The notes under the pieces were generated by a model. The model was not told the origin of the DNA. It searched no databases and saw only the letters and a list, made by a program, of their open reading frames with translations. 64,000 nucleotides of DNA, taken from an uncultured delta proteobacterium. Its GTDB lineage: Bacteria; Desulfobacterota; Syntrophia; Syntrophales; UBA2192. The first letter of the stretch is position 1, and every line of letters begins with the position of its first letter. Below are positions 39,498 through 48,563 of the stretch, piece by piece. Both the position numbers and the translations under genes were made by a program. The DNA is taken from positions 117,129 through 181,128 of the forward strand of contig CAWHEJ010000012.1 of assembly GCA_963828305.1 (NCBI GenBank). Reading direction: 5' to 3'.

Positions 39498-40250
39498 TCA
39501 TATCAGCCCTAATTTCCGTCCGAGGGAGAACCCGAGTTTTTCCAGCCGTCTCATGTACCAGTAGGTCCCCGCATTGTCGAGTGAGTCGAGTGATGCAATC
39601 AGATCGGTAAGGTAATCCCCCATGTGAGAGAAGTAGTCAAGCTCCCTGCGCTTCGTGAAATACGGACCGGAAAAAAGCCGCATCAAATCACGCAGAGCGA
39701 TGATCCCTCCCCTTTTTTCCTTGTTGAATTCTCCCCACTTGCGAAGATGTTCTTCCGACCGGAAGAAGTGCATCGTGCTTCACGAGTAGGGTACGTTGAG
39801 CATCCACCTTCCGATGGGTACGGAGACATGGCCAATCAACCCTTTCGGCTCCTCCGTCTCGATCTTGCCGTCCTTCACCTCCACTCTTATGGGCTCGCCA
39901 CAATCAAGACACACTGAATCGATACGCACCGTCTTCCCCGGAAAAAGCCAGCAGACCGCCAGCGATTCAAACGCTCACTGGCCGAACCATTTCTGAATGC
40001 CATCGATAGTCAAACGGTAATGTGTTGGGAGATTGTTGAAGGGTGCGAAAGACACGATATTGTCGGTTTTCGGGTAAAGCCACCCCGGAAAGCCGAGGGT
40101 CGAAAAGAGCTTGCGGAGTGTATTCCTGCCTTTCTCGGGCGACACACCCAGCGCGGCTGCTATCTCTGTGTAGTGCGGCGCTTGTCCGGTTGCAATCATC
40201 TTTTCGATGATAATGTGAAACGTCTGATCCAGTTCACTTGGCGTTGACAT
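39498..40250 (-). CDS. organomercurial-lyase (MerB)-like protein with two in-frame TGA codons at the positions of the MerB catalytic cysteines; candidate selenoprotein
   Basis: Three same-frame segments (40250..39978, 39974..39783, 39779..39498) are separated only by TGA at 39975..39977 and 39780..39782. Each nucleotide was hand-verified, and there are no other stops. Context ...KWFGQ-U-AFESLAV... matches MerB YAWC96ALD99TL, and ...PYS-U-STMHFFRS... matches MerB FC159CHVHFFAS. Strong SD AGGAGGT lies 6 nt upstream of ATG 40250. Hairpin UUCUUCC-GGUC-GGAAGAA starts 13 nt after the second UGA. Confidence 0.7.
39750..39767 (-). promoter_or_regulatory. SECIS-like stem-loop downstream of the second in-frame UGA
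   Basis: The perfect palindrome ttcttccgaccggaagaa forms a 7-bp stem with apical loop GGUC, 12 nt after UGA 39780..39782. Spacing is typical of bacterial SECIS. Confidence 0.45.
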
Positions 40251-40668
40251 GTCTTTACCTCCTTTTTCACAGGCAGGTGAATGCATGAATTTGTTTTATG
40301 CAAAAATAGATATTCTGAGTCTCGTAAAACGTGATTCCCCACAGAGGTATGGTAACCGCCATGGAAGCCGTAATATCGGCACCAGCCGATAACTCCTTTT
40401 CACGGCGGACTCCAGAAGGTAAAGGGGAAGGTTGATGGGTTTATTGAGCTAATAAGAGAAACGACGATTGATGAATGCTCTTATGAGAAGGTAAAGTCAA
40501 AAGAAAAATAGTCTCGGTTCTGAGCCCAAATTGAAGATACAGGGTTGTAAAAATTCGATTATTGGGAAAACCAACAGTTCCGTCAGGAAGGATTACTGTC
40601 TGAAAGGGTTATCTTTTGCAGAATTGCCGGACGCTTTGTTACAGGAAGAAGTAGATGCCCGCCCCCAT

Positions 40669-40710
40669 TATTGCCTATCACGCATAATAACGTGACTCTC
40701 CCCAACTGCC
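40669..40710. repeat. 44-bp direct repeat, copy B
   Basis: tattgcctatcacgcataataacgtgactctccccaactgcc. Confidence 0.65.
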
Positions 40711-40814
40711 AATCTGATGGTGACAAACCGGGTCATCTGCCATAAAATGGATACGCTGACTGTTTCGTATGGAGTCTCGAAAGATGGTATAATGAGTTGG
40801 TCGGAAGGAGCTGC

Positions 40815-41243
40815 ATGATGCTCGAGGAAACAACCCTGTCCAGAAAAGAGATGCGGGGCAAACGCAAGCCGTCGATGCTGATTCTTGGCAGCTTCGAGAA
40901 GCTGAAGCAGGATCTGATCCCCGCGCTTTTCCGCATCGCCGGCGATCATGGGATCGGGCATATCGACATCAAACCGTCGACGGAGGCTGTCGATGTGAAG
41001 CAGCTCAAGGGATACACCCTGGTCTTTGTGGCTTTCGAGATTTACAGAGACAATGAATCCTTCTTCCGCTTGCTGCCGGAATCCATCCAGGAACGGATCA
41101 CCATCCTGTCAAGGCCCGCAGACTTCCCTTCCGTGGCCCCGGATATCAAATGCGCATGCTACTGCTCTGAGTTGAAGGCTCTCCTGCCCAGGGAAGAGGC
41201 GCAACTCTTCGACCACCACACCGAGTCCCCTAAGCCCCGATAG
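40815..41243 (+). CDS. hypothetical protein (142 aa)
   Basis: ATGATG preceded by GGAAGGAG. No recognisable domain. The segment is AT-richer than its surroundings. Confidence 0.45.
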   Translation: MMLEETTLSRKEMRGKRKPSMLILGSFEKLKQDLIPALFRIAGDHGIGHIDIKPSTEAVDVKQLKGYTLVFVAFEIYRDNESFFRLLPESIQERITILSRPADFPSVAPDIKCACYCSELKALLPREEAQLFDHHTESPKPR

Positions 41244-41319
41244 CGTAAAGTTCGAGCAGGACCCCGATTAATTCTCACGCAAATCCAAATCTGCAAATGT
41301 GAAGGGATGCCCCTGGTTT

Positions 41320-41673
41320 CTATACTTCGACCAGGACCTTGAATCCGCCGTATACCATCCGCTTGATGTCGAAGGGCATCTCCTTCATATCGCCCATTTT
41401 TTCCATTTCTTTCATCACCTTTGCATTGACGCGATCGCGATGTGCCCGCGACTTGAATACGATATACGAGAAAACCACGGTTTCGCCGGGCTTCAACTTC
41501 ATCAGGCGCGAAAATGGCATCCCCCACTTGGTCTTTAAGTCCTCACCGACGCATTCCTTGTAATCAAGGGCACCGTGTTTCATCCATATCTTTGCTCCCA
41601 TCCTGGCCATGCGTGCATAGGTTTTCAGGTTTTTCTTCGGGATAGGTAAAACGTATCCATCAACGTATCTCAT
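41320..41673 (-). CDS. DUF1428 family protein
   Basis: MRYVDGYVLPIPKKNLKTYARMARMGAKIWMKHGALDYKECVGEDL is typical of DUF1428 (YbaA-like). RBS AAGGAGGT lies 5 nt upstream of 41673. Confidence 0.7.
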   Translation of the reverse strand: MRYVDGYVLPIPKKNLKTYARMARMGAKIWMKHGALDYKECVGEDLKTKWGMPFSRLMKLKPGETVVFSYIVFKSRAHRDRVNAKVMKEMEKMGDMKEMPFDIKRMVYGGFKVLVEV

Positions 41674-42123
41674 CGTAACCTCCTTTTGCGTCAATGATGA
41701 AGTTGTCACGGCTATAGGCTTAATCGCTGTTCTACGAACGTTAGAAATGAGGTAGTTGGATTGACGGGACGACAGACGGGAACATCTACAAACTCATTTG
41801 TAAATACGTCCATACTGAAGGGCAGTCAAGAGCAATCGTAATGATGACATGCATTTGAAATGTGAGAGGGCGGTATTTCTTTACACCATCGGGTCTTATT
41901 CGAGAGTCATTGTCCGTGATTTATTTGCGGGAGTTATTATAGACATCTGAGAGTAAACATATGTCAATGTTCAAGGCTGATGCCGCTTTTACAATGCACG
42001 CAGCTCATGCAAAGCCAAATCTGCAAATGTGAGGGGCGTCCCCGATTTTCCACTCTTGAGGGTTAGGAGGTTATGTTCAGCGTCTAGGTTCGCCAGCATT
42101 CTATCCAGATAAATGCTTCATCC

Positions 42124-42576
42124 TTAATCGGGTACGTTACGCGGGAGCGGTTGCCCCTTCTTAACAATTTCCACCGCTTGTGCGAACCTCTTATGATAAG
42201 TACCTTCTGTCAGGGTCGTTGCAATGTTCACCGTGACTCTTCGTTTTGTGACAACGGTGACTTTTGTGTTCTTCTTATCAACGGGCTCAATCCACGCCCC
42301 CATAACGGCTCCCCATGAAACCAGATTCATTCCACTGCTGGTCAGCATGTAACCCTGATCCCTGTGCTCTTCAATTGCATCGGAGCCCTCCCACCGGAAC
42401 ACGGTTTTTGAGATTTCCCATGCTTGATCGACATTAACAGGGTAAACCTTTGTTGTGCCTTCCGACCCGTCCTCCTTGACCCGCACCACATCGTTCATCG
42501 TGGCACATCCACTAAGCAGCGCAACAAATGACAAGAAAATGATCCATGCCAAGACCCTGCATCCCTTTTCCTTCAT
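42124..42576 (-). CDS. hypothetical lipoprotein
   Basis: Lipobox LLSGC after an N-terminal hydrophobic segment. 150 aa. Confidence 0.6.
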   Translation of the reverse strand: MKEKGCRVLAWIIFLSFVALLSGCATMNDVVRVKEDGSEGTTKVYPVNVDQAWEISKTVFRWEGSDAIEEHRDQGYMLTSSGMNLVSWGAVMGAWIEPVDKKNTKVTVVTKRRVTVNIATTLTEGTYHKRFAQAVEIVKKGQPLPRNVPD

Positions 42577-42781
42577 GTGCCGACCCCCTTATTGGTATTT
42601 GCCATAAAAAACCGGACTTACCAAAGATTTAGCTTCAGCAGTCCGGTTGATACACGCATTTCAACTACCATACTCCGCATCCCGCGTTCACAGGTGTGGC
42701 TATGTAAAAATGTTCTTTGCTCATTAATGAATTGACTCATAAAACTCGATGAAGCCGGATCAGGCACCCGATTGTACTGCA

Positions 42782-43960
42782 TCAAAGATATGAGAGCCAC
42801 CAATCGTGACGCCGAGCCTTGACTCCCGCGAACCATGCACAGGCGGGGTACATGGTAACAACGGTGAGCAACCACACGATATAGACGCCGCCGAGTGAAA
42901 GCCCGAAGTTTGGTGGAGTCTCAAGAAAGACAACGGCCATCTCGCGCAGAGTGAATCCCTGCCAAAGCCCGATGGAAACGGCGATCGCGTGAATGAGGTA
43001 AAGATGGAGGATATAGTAGAAAAATGACACCCGCCCGATAGTCACCAGGATTGTGACGGCTTTCCCCGTTAGCCGCTCGAACCATCCGAGCAGCATGAGT
43101 GCGGGCCCCAGCGTCATAAGCAGGAACTGCAGGGAAACGGGATACTTCGTGACATTGAGAAAGCTGATAATCGTTGCAGCCGTGTTCTGCTGTGGCGCCC
43201 AAACCGCCGGGTCGCCGTAGAGATTTGTCAGGCGAAGCAGGAGGAACGAGAGCGTCAGGACTGCACCGGTGAGCAGGAGACGCCCGGGGCGCTCAGGGTT
43301 GGGGCCCACAAAATAGGGGCCTATCGCGTAACCGAGTGCCATGACGCCGATCCACGGAATCAGCGGGTAGATAATGAATGCCACAGGCGTGCCGCCAACC
43401 TCGAGAGTCCCGGGGATGTGCAGAATAATCCACAGGGGCGAAGCCTCGGAGAGCACCGGCTGAATGCCGTCCAGTCCATTATGCGCAGCGATCATCACCA
43501 CGCCGAAACCCGCGATGGCAGCCCGGGGCAACCAGACGAGAGCGGAGAGCGCGATCATCGACCACCCGATTGCCCAGATCACCTGCAGCAAGAGCTTTGA
43601 GTGCAGGTTGAAGGACCAGGCGAATCCGATGACGGTCAATTCGAGGAAAACAAGCCACACACCGCGGCTTGCCAAAAAGCGCGTGACCTCGCCCGTGGAC
43701 CGTTGCCGGGTCGCGCCGTACATGAACGCGCTCACACCCGCGAGCAGCACGAAGGTCGGCGCGCAAAAATTCGTGATCCAGCGGGTGAAAAACAACGCAC
43801 CTGCCGAACCGGCGAAATCCACCGCTGCCGAATAATTGGCACTCTGCGGGTGTGTCACCATGTCGCGCACGTGGTCGAGCGCCATGATGACCAGGACGAC
43901 GCCGCGCAACATGTCGATCGAGGTGAGACGATTTCTGCGAGCCGGCGCTTCTACGCCCAT
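42782..43960 (-). CDS. DUF1624/acyltransferase-family integral membrane protein (heparan-alpha-glucosaminide N-acetyltransferase-like)
   Basis: RLTSIDMLRGVVLVIMALDHVRD N-terminal motif and about 10 TM segments. Confidence 0.6.
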   Translation of the reverse strand: MGVEAPARRNRLTSIDMLRGVVLVIMALDHVRDMVTHPQSANYSAAVDFAGSAGALFFTRWITNFCAPTFVLLAGVSAFMYGATRQRSTGEVTRFLASRGVWLVFLELTVIGFAWSFNLHSKLLLQVIWAIGWSMIALSALVWLPRAAIAGFGVVMIAAHNGLDGIQPVLSEASPLWIILHIPGTLEVGGTPVAFIIYPLIPWIGVMALGYAIGPYFVGPNPERPGRLLLTGAVLTLSFLLLRLTNLYGDPAVWAPQQNTAATIISFLNVTKYPVSLQFLLMTLGPALMLLGWFERLTGKAVTILVTIGRVSFFYYILHLYLIHAIAVSIGLWQGFTLREMAVVFLETPPNFGLSLGGVYIVWLLTVVTMYPACAWFAGVKARRHDWWLSYL

Positions 43961-44271
43961 TCAGTCATGTTCTCCCTATCTCTGCAAAATAGCGCCCGTA
44001 TTTGAACGGATCCTGACCCGAAAGGTCTTCACGAATAGCGTCGTTACCTGGGGTCGTGTCTTGCATTTCAACTTCTCCATCCTCTCCCGGAAAGCTCAAA
44101 ATGCAAAAGACCCCGCTCTCTTCCGAGGTACGGGGTCTGTTAACTCATTGTACTCCTCCCTAGGAGGGTTCGGAGGTTATGTTGGGTTATGCCTGCTTCA
44201 TTTCATCCGGTGCATTTGTAAACGGATTATCCATCCATTTCAAGAGCTTTGTTTATGGGTACCCGCTTGTT

Positions 44272-46098
44272 TTACGGTAGAGGCGGCCGCTCTGCGATCT
44301 TGCGAATCCGGCAGTGCTGCCTGATGATGTCCAGGACAACGTCTCCGTATTTCTCGAGTTTCGCAGCGCCTATGCCGTGGATCCGGGAAAGACCGTCCTT
44401 GGTTTGCGGCAGATGGGTCGCCATTTCCTTCAAGGTACGGTCATGGAATACCGTATAGGGAGGGATGTTCAGCCGGTCGGCGATCTCTTTGCGTTTTTTC
44501 CGCAGAAGCTCAAAAAGGCCGGGGTCGTATTGACCTGGGGCTTCCGCCCTGGAATCGAGGCCCGCAACCTCCTTCTCCAAAAGCCCCGAGACGGATTCCT
44601 TTCCTCTCAAAACCTCCCATGCCTTGTGGGTCAGCTTCAGGGCTCCGTGCTCCAGATCCTGGATCATCAGGCCCTTGCGAATAAACTGACGGGCCAGGTG
44701 GCGCCATTGCTTTGCCGAATGCGCCTTTCCTATGCCATAGGTGGATAACCGGTCATGCTCATGTTGTAGAATTTTGATCGATTTCGAGCCCCGCAAAATG
44801 TCGACGACATGACCGGCGCCGAAGCATTCACCGGTTCGCTTGACACAGGAAAGAAACATCTGCGCGGGAATCGTGATATCGGACAGATCCCTCTTCTCGA
44901 TTTTGCAGTTGTCGCACATCCCGCAGGCAGCATGTTCAGCTTTTTCGCCGAAATACTCCAGCAGGGGGACGCGCCGGCAAAGCTCCGTCTCCGCGTAGCC
45001 CAGGATGGTGTCCAGAAGAACATTGGCGATCACCTGTTCATTCCCGGTTTTTTGCTGGATGAAGTACCGGACATTCCGCACGTCGCCATAACCGAACAGC
45101 ATCAGGCAGCGGGCGGGCAGACCGTCCCGTCCGGCCCGTCCGATCTCCTGGTAGTACGTTTCCAGGCTTTTCGGCAGGTCGTAATGGATAACGAAACGGA
45201 CATTGGGCTTGTTGATTCCCATGCCGAAGGCAATCGTCGCCACGATGATCTGGATGTCATCCTTGACGAAGAGGTCCTGATTTTCCGTGCGCACCTCGTC
45301 GGACAGGCCGGCATGGTAAGGCCTGACGGAATAGCCCTTTTCGTGGAGAAATGCATGGAGATGGTCCGTCTGCCTGCGCGAAAAGCAATAGATGATCCCC
45401 GATTCGTTCCGGCAGGATTTCAGGAATTCCGCGATTTGCTCGAGAGGCGCGATCTTGGGTTCGACTTCCAGGAAGAGATTCGGACGATTGAAACTGCCGA
45501 TGAATTCTTCGGTCGCACCGATCTGCAGGGACTTTTTGATGTCGTCGCGAACCCGCCTGGTTGCGGTGGCGGTCAGGGCGACACAGACTGCGTCCTTGAA
45601 CAGATCGCGCAACCCGCCCAGTTGACGGTATTCCGGCCGGAAATCATGGCCCCACTCCGAGATGCAATGCGCTTCGTCAATGGCGATGCAGTCGACTTTC
45701 ATCGTCGATAGCAGGGCAAGGGTCCTGGGACTCAACAGGGCTTCCGGGGACAGGTAAAGCAGTTTCACCCTGTTCGCCTTGAGCTTCTCGACATGACGGC
45801 GATACTCATCGGGCTTCAGGGTACTGTTCAGAAATACGGCCGCAACGCCGCATTCCTGCAGCTCGTCCACCTGGTTTTTCATCAGCGAGATCAGGGGAGA
45901 GATGACGATCGTCAATCCCTCGTAGATCAGGGCCGGGATCTGATAGCAGAGGGACTTGCCTCCCCCTGTCGGCAAGACGACAAGGGCATTCCTCTTTTCC
46001 AGGAGATGGGCGATGATGGCCTCCTGGAGGGGCCAGAAGTCATCATAGCCGAACACGTTTTTGAGAACGGACTTCGCCCCGGCCAGCCCTTCACTCAT
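44272..46098 (-). CDS. recQ: ATP-dependent DNA helicase RecQ
   Basis: Motifs LPTGGGKSLCYQIPAL and DEAH (AIDEAHCISEWGHDFR), a zinc-binding Cys cluster and an HRDC-like C-terminus. RBS GGAGG lies 5 nt upstream of 46098. Confidence 0.9.
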   Translation of the reverse strand: MSEGLAGAKSVLKNVFGYDDFWPLQEAIIAHLLEKRNALVVLPTGGGKSLCYQIPALIYEGLTIVISPLISLMKNQVDELQECGVAAVFLNSTLKPDEYRRHVEKLKANRVKLLYLSPEALLSPRTLALLSTMKVDCIAIDEAHCISEWGHDFRPEYRQLGGLRDLFKDAVCVALTATATRRVRDDIKKSLQIGATEEFIGSFNRPNLFLEVEPKIAPLEQIAEFLKSCRNESGIIYCFSRRQTDHLHAFLHEKGYSVRPYHAGLSDEVRTENQDLFVKDDIQIIVATIAFGMGINKPNVRFVIHYDLPKSLETYYQEIGRAGRDGLPARCLMLFGYGDVRNVRYFIQQKTGNEQVIANVLLDTILGYAETELCRRVPLLEYFGEKAEHAACGMCDNCKIEKRDLSDITIPAQMFLSCVKRTGECFGAGHVVDILRGSKSIKILQHEHDRLSTYGIGKAHSAKQWRHLARQFIRKGLMIQDLEHGALKLTHKAWEVLRGKESVSGLLEKEVAGLDSRAEAPGQYDPGLFELLRKKRKEIADRLNIPPYTVFHDRTLKEMATHLPQTKDGLSRIHGIGAAKLEKYGDVVLDIIRQHCRIRKIAERPPLP

Positions 46099-46376
46099 TA
46101 TGGCCTCCGGGCATCTGCGTCTGGAATGGCCCGTCATCGATGCGGTTCGTCGTTCTCATGAGTTCGCTGCTCCATGCCATATTTTATGGACGCATGAATA
46201 TGCATGGAATATGGGCCGATGTCGAGGTTATTGTAAAATGATGATTGATTTCCCCGGGCTTTGGAGATAAAAGCACTACTTCGCCAAGAACGATAAGGTG
46301 GGGCAGTCTACGCTTTGGAATCCAAAAACGAATATTACACCGCTCCGCTCCCAAGAAGCAGCACCATTTCAGGGAG

Positions 46377-46417
46377 GGGAAAATCCCCCTCTATCCCCCT
46401 TTATGAAAGGGGGAGGT
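46377..46417. repeat. third, degenerate and inverted copy of the palindromic element family
   Basis: ggggaaaatccccctctatccccctttatgaaagggggagg. The inner hairpin loop ttatgaa is the reverse complement of ttcataa in copies 1 and 2. Confidence 0.5.
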
Positions 46418-46459
46418 CCTTCGCAATGACACTGACGGTTGAACATTGACTTTCGTCCT

Positions 46460-47413
46460 ATGACTTTACTGAAAAAGATAGCGCGGCTCCTCCTCATCGC
46501 GGTTTTCCTCCTGGCGGGGGCGGTCCTCGTCTACACCACGACGGCCTTCTACTACGACGACGTCGCGGCGCTGAAGAAGAAAAACCCCGGAAAGACCTCC
46601 TTCATGACCCACCGGGAGTTCGAGTGGGAGTTCAAGGGGCTCAAGAACAAGAAGATCCACCAGGTCTGGGTCCCCCTCTCGAAGATCTCCCCCTACGCCG
46701 CAAAGGCCGTCCTCATCGCCGAGGACGACAAGTTCTGGCAGCACGAAGGATTCGATGTGGAGGCCATGCAGAAGGCCATCGAGAAGGACATCAAGCTGGG
46801 CAAGCTCAAGTACGGCGGCAGCACCATCAGCCAGCAGCTCGCCAAGAACCTCTTTTTGTCCCCTTCGAAGAATCCCTTGCGGAAGGTCAAAGAGGCCATC
46901 CTCACCTGGCGAATCGAGAACAACCTCTCGAAGCGCCGTATCCTGGAGATCTACCTGAACGTGGCCGAGTGGGGCGACGGGATCTTCGGCATCGAGGCCG
47001 CCTCGCGGCACTACTTCGGCAAGTCCGCCGCGGAGCTCACGCCGATGGAGGCGGCCCGGCTTGCCGTCGTCCTTCCCAACCCGCTCAAGTACAACCCCAC
47101 GGGCACGTCGAAGTACGTGGAGAAGAGGGCCGAGATCGTCTACGGGATCATGGTGAGGCGAGGCATTGTCATCGAGGACTTCGAGGACATCATGACGGCG
47201 CCCCCCGACGGGCCGCCGTCTGACACGGGGGCCCCCAGGCCGCCCGGAATGACCTCCGGTACGTTGGATGTCGCAGAAAAGAAAGAAAGTGTGCCGGACA
47301 GGCAGCAGGCCGCTGCCGCGCCGGAGACAAAGGAGGCGACGCCCCCGCAGGCGGCAGAAAAGGCAAGGGAGAAGGCCGAAGCGCTTCTCCCTGCGTCAAA
47401 GGAGGGGAGGTAG
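46460..47413 (+). CDS. mtgA: monofunctional biosynthetic peptidoglycan transglycosylase (MtgA) with Pro/Ala-rich C-terminal extension
   Basis: TM anchor plus GT51 motifs (IAEDDKFWQHEGFD, GGSTISQQLAKNLF, RKVKEAILTWRIE, RILEIYLNVAEWG). A TTG start at 46439 is an alternative. Confidence 0.8.
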   Translation: MTLLKKIARLLLIAVFLLAGAVLVYTTTAFYYDDVAALKKKNPGKTSFMTHREFEWEFKGLKNKKIHQVWVPLSKISPYAAKAVLIAEDDKFWQHEGFDVEAMQKAIEKDIKLGKLKYGGSTISQQLAKNLFLSPSKNPLRKVKEAILTWRIENNLSKRRILEIYLNVAEWGDGIFGIEAASRHYFGKSAAELTPMEAARLAVVLPNPLKYNPTGTSKYVEKRAEIVYGIMVRRGIVIEDFEDIMTAPPDGPPSDTGAPRPPGMTSGTLDVAEKKESVPDRQQAAAAPETKEATPPQAAEKAREKAEALLPASKEGR

Positions 47414-47466
47414 ACAAGGCTGTATTCTATGGAACGGTCAGCCGGGGCTCATCGTTCGCTCGATCC

Positions 47467-47847
47467 TCATTTCGACCTGGCGTAGTCGAGCATTCCCTGG
47501 AAATCGACAACCACGACCGGTTCGTTGCCTACCACCCAGGCATCGTGACCCACCGGCAGAAGCGTCACGTCGCCGGCCCTGCTGTCGAACTCCGTCCCGT
47601 CGTCCATGACGATGTGAATGGTCCCGGACAGTTGATATTGGAAGTGCGGGGCTTCGCAGCTCTTGGTCTTCGCCAGGGGCTTCACCGAGGTGGACCACTT
47701 CCAACCCGGCTCGAAGGTCGCCCGGCCGATCATGCCCCCCCCTATTTTTACCAACTCGACTTTCCCCTTGGGAAACGTCCTCACCTCGTCGGGTTTGCCG
47801 AAGCTCTTCAGTTCCGCTTTTTTCTGGTCGCTTTTCATGGAGTCCTC
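47467..47847 (-). CDS. cupin domain protein
   Basis: The C-terminal beta-barrel pattern GTIHIVMDDGTEFDSRAGDVTLLPVGHDAWVV is cupin-like. Start chosen at MKSDQ with GGAGGA 5 nt upstream. Confidence 0.55.
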   Translation of the reverse strand, partial: EDSMKSDQKKAELKSFGKPDEVRTFPKGKVELVKIGGGMIGRATFEPGWKWSTSVKPLAKTKSCEAPHFQYQLSGTIHIVMDDGTEFDSRAGDVTLLPVGHDAWVVGNEPVVVVDFQGMLDYARSK

Positions 47848-48113
47848 CATGTCATTCAGTTTCGATGTTTCAGGGAAATTCTGATTCTTGGAATCGTTTG
47901 CCGCAGAATACTCTGGACTTTCATTGGCCCTTTTTACATGGTGCACGTTGCCCCGCATTCCCTCAATCAGGGGGCGGATGAATTCCCCTTTGCCAAATGC
48001 CTTAGCAACCATCGGGGAATGGCTGAGAAGAAAGAAAGGGGTACCCCGCGTTGAAAATCAACGGCTTTGGTGGTATCGTGGCAAATGTGTGATGTTCATG
48101 CCGGGGGTACTCG

Positions 48114-48563
48114 ATGAAACATGGCCTTATCCCCTTTCTGATCGTCGGTCTTATGATCCTGACAGGCTGCCCGAAAACGGTTCCGGGAACGACCGGCCTG
48201 ACGGCGGACGGCAAGCTCCGGCCCTGCCCGGACAAGCGAAACTGCATCTGTACCCAGGACCCGGCGGAGCAGCACCGGGTCGAACCCATCCGCTACGCCG
48301 TCGCACAGGACGAGGCCCGGGAAAAGCTCCTGGGGATCATCCGGCACATGACGCAGTCAACCCTCGTGAAGGCCGACCCGGATTACATCCATGTCGAATT
48401 CCGGTCTGCCTTCTTTGAATTCGTCGACGACGTGGAGTTCCTCTTTGACGACGGCGCAAAGCTCATCCACTTCCGCTCCGCAGCGCGCACGGGGTCCTAT
48501 GATTTCAACGTAAACCGCAAACGGATGGAGGACATCCGCAAGCGGTTCATGGGGCCCGGATGA
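48114..48563 (+). CDS. DUF1499 family lipoprotein
   Basis: Lipobox ILTGC. The FRSAARTGSYDFNVNRKRMEDIRKRF C-terminal motif is typical of DUF1499. Confidence 0.6.
   Translation: MKHGLIPFLIVGLMILTGCPKTVPGTTGLTADGKLRPCPDKRNCICTQDPAEQHRVEPIRYAVAQDEAREKLLGIIRHMTQSTLVKADPDYIHVEFRSAFFEFVDDVEFLFDDGAKLIHFRSAARTGSYDFNVNRKRMEDIRKRFMGPG

Noticed and set aside
40020-40247. 75-aa plus-strand ORF overlapping the MerB-like gene
   Set aside because: It is entirely antisense to the well-supported minus-strand gene and has no RBS.
39498-40286. Treating the MerB-like locus as two separate small ORFs plus a spacer, or as a decayed pseudogene
   Set aside because: The pieces share one frame with no stops other than two TGAs. 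Those TGAs coincide with the MerB catalytic Cys columns. A consensus SD precedes the ATG and a SECIS-like hairpin follows the second TGA. Random decay would not produce this pattern.
42081-42095. Mini-ORFs after the ggaggttATG elements (4 codons at 42083; 33 codons at 44181)
   Set aside because: They are too short, lack conservation between the two copies, and overlap the 3' regions of convergent genes. They are reported only as part of a repeat element.
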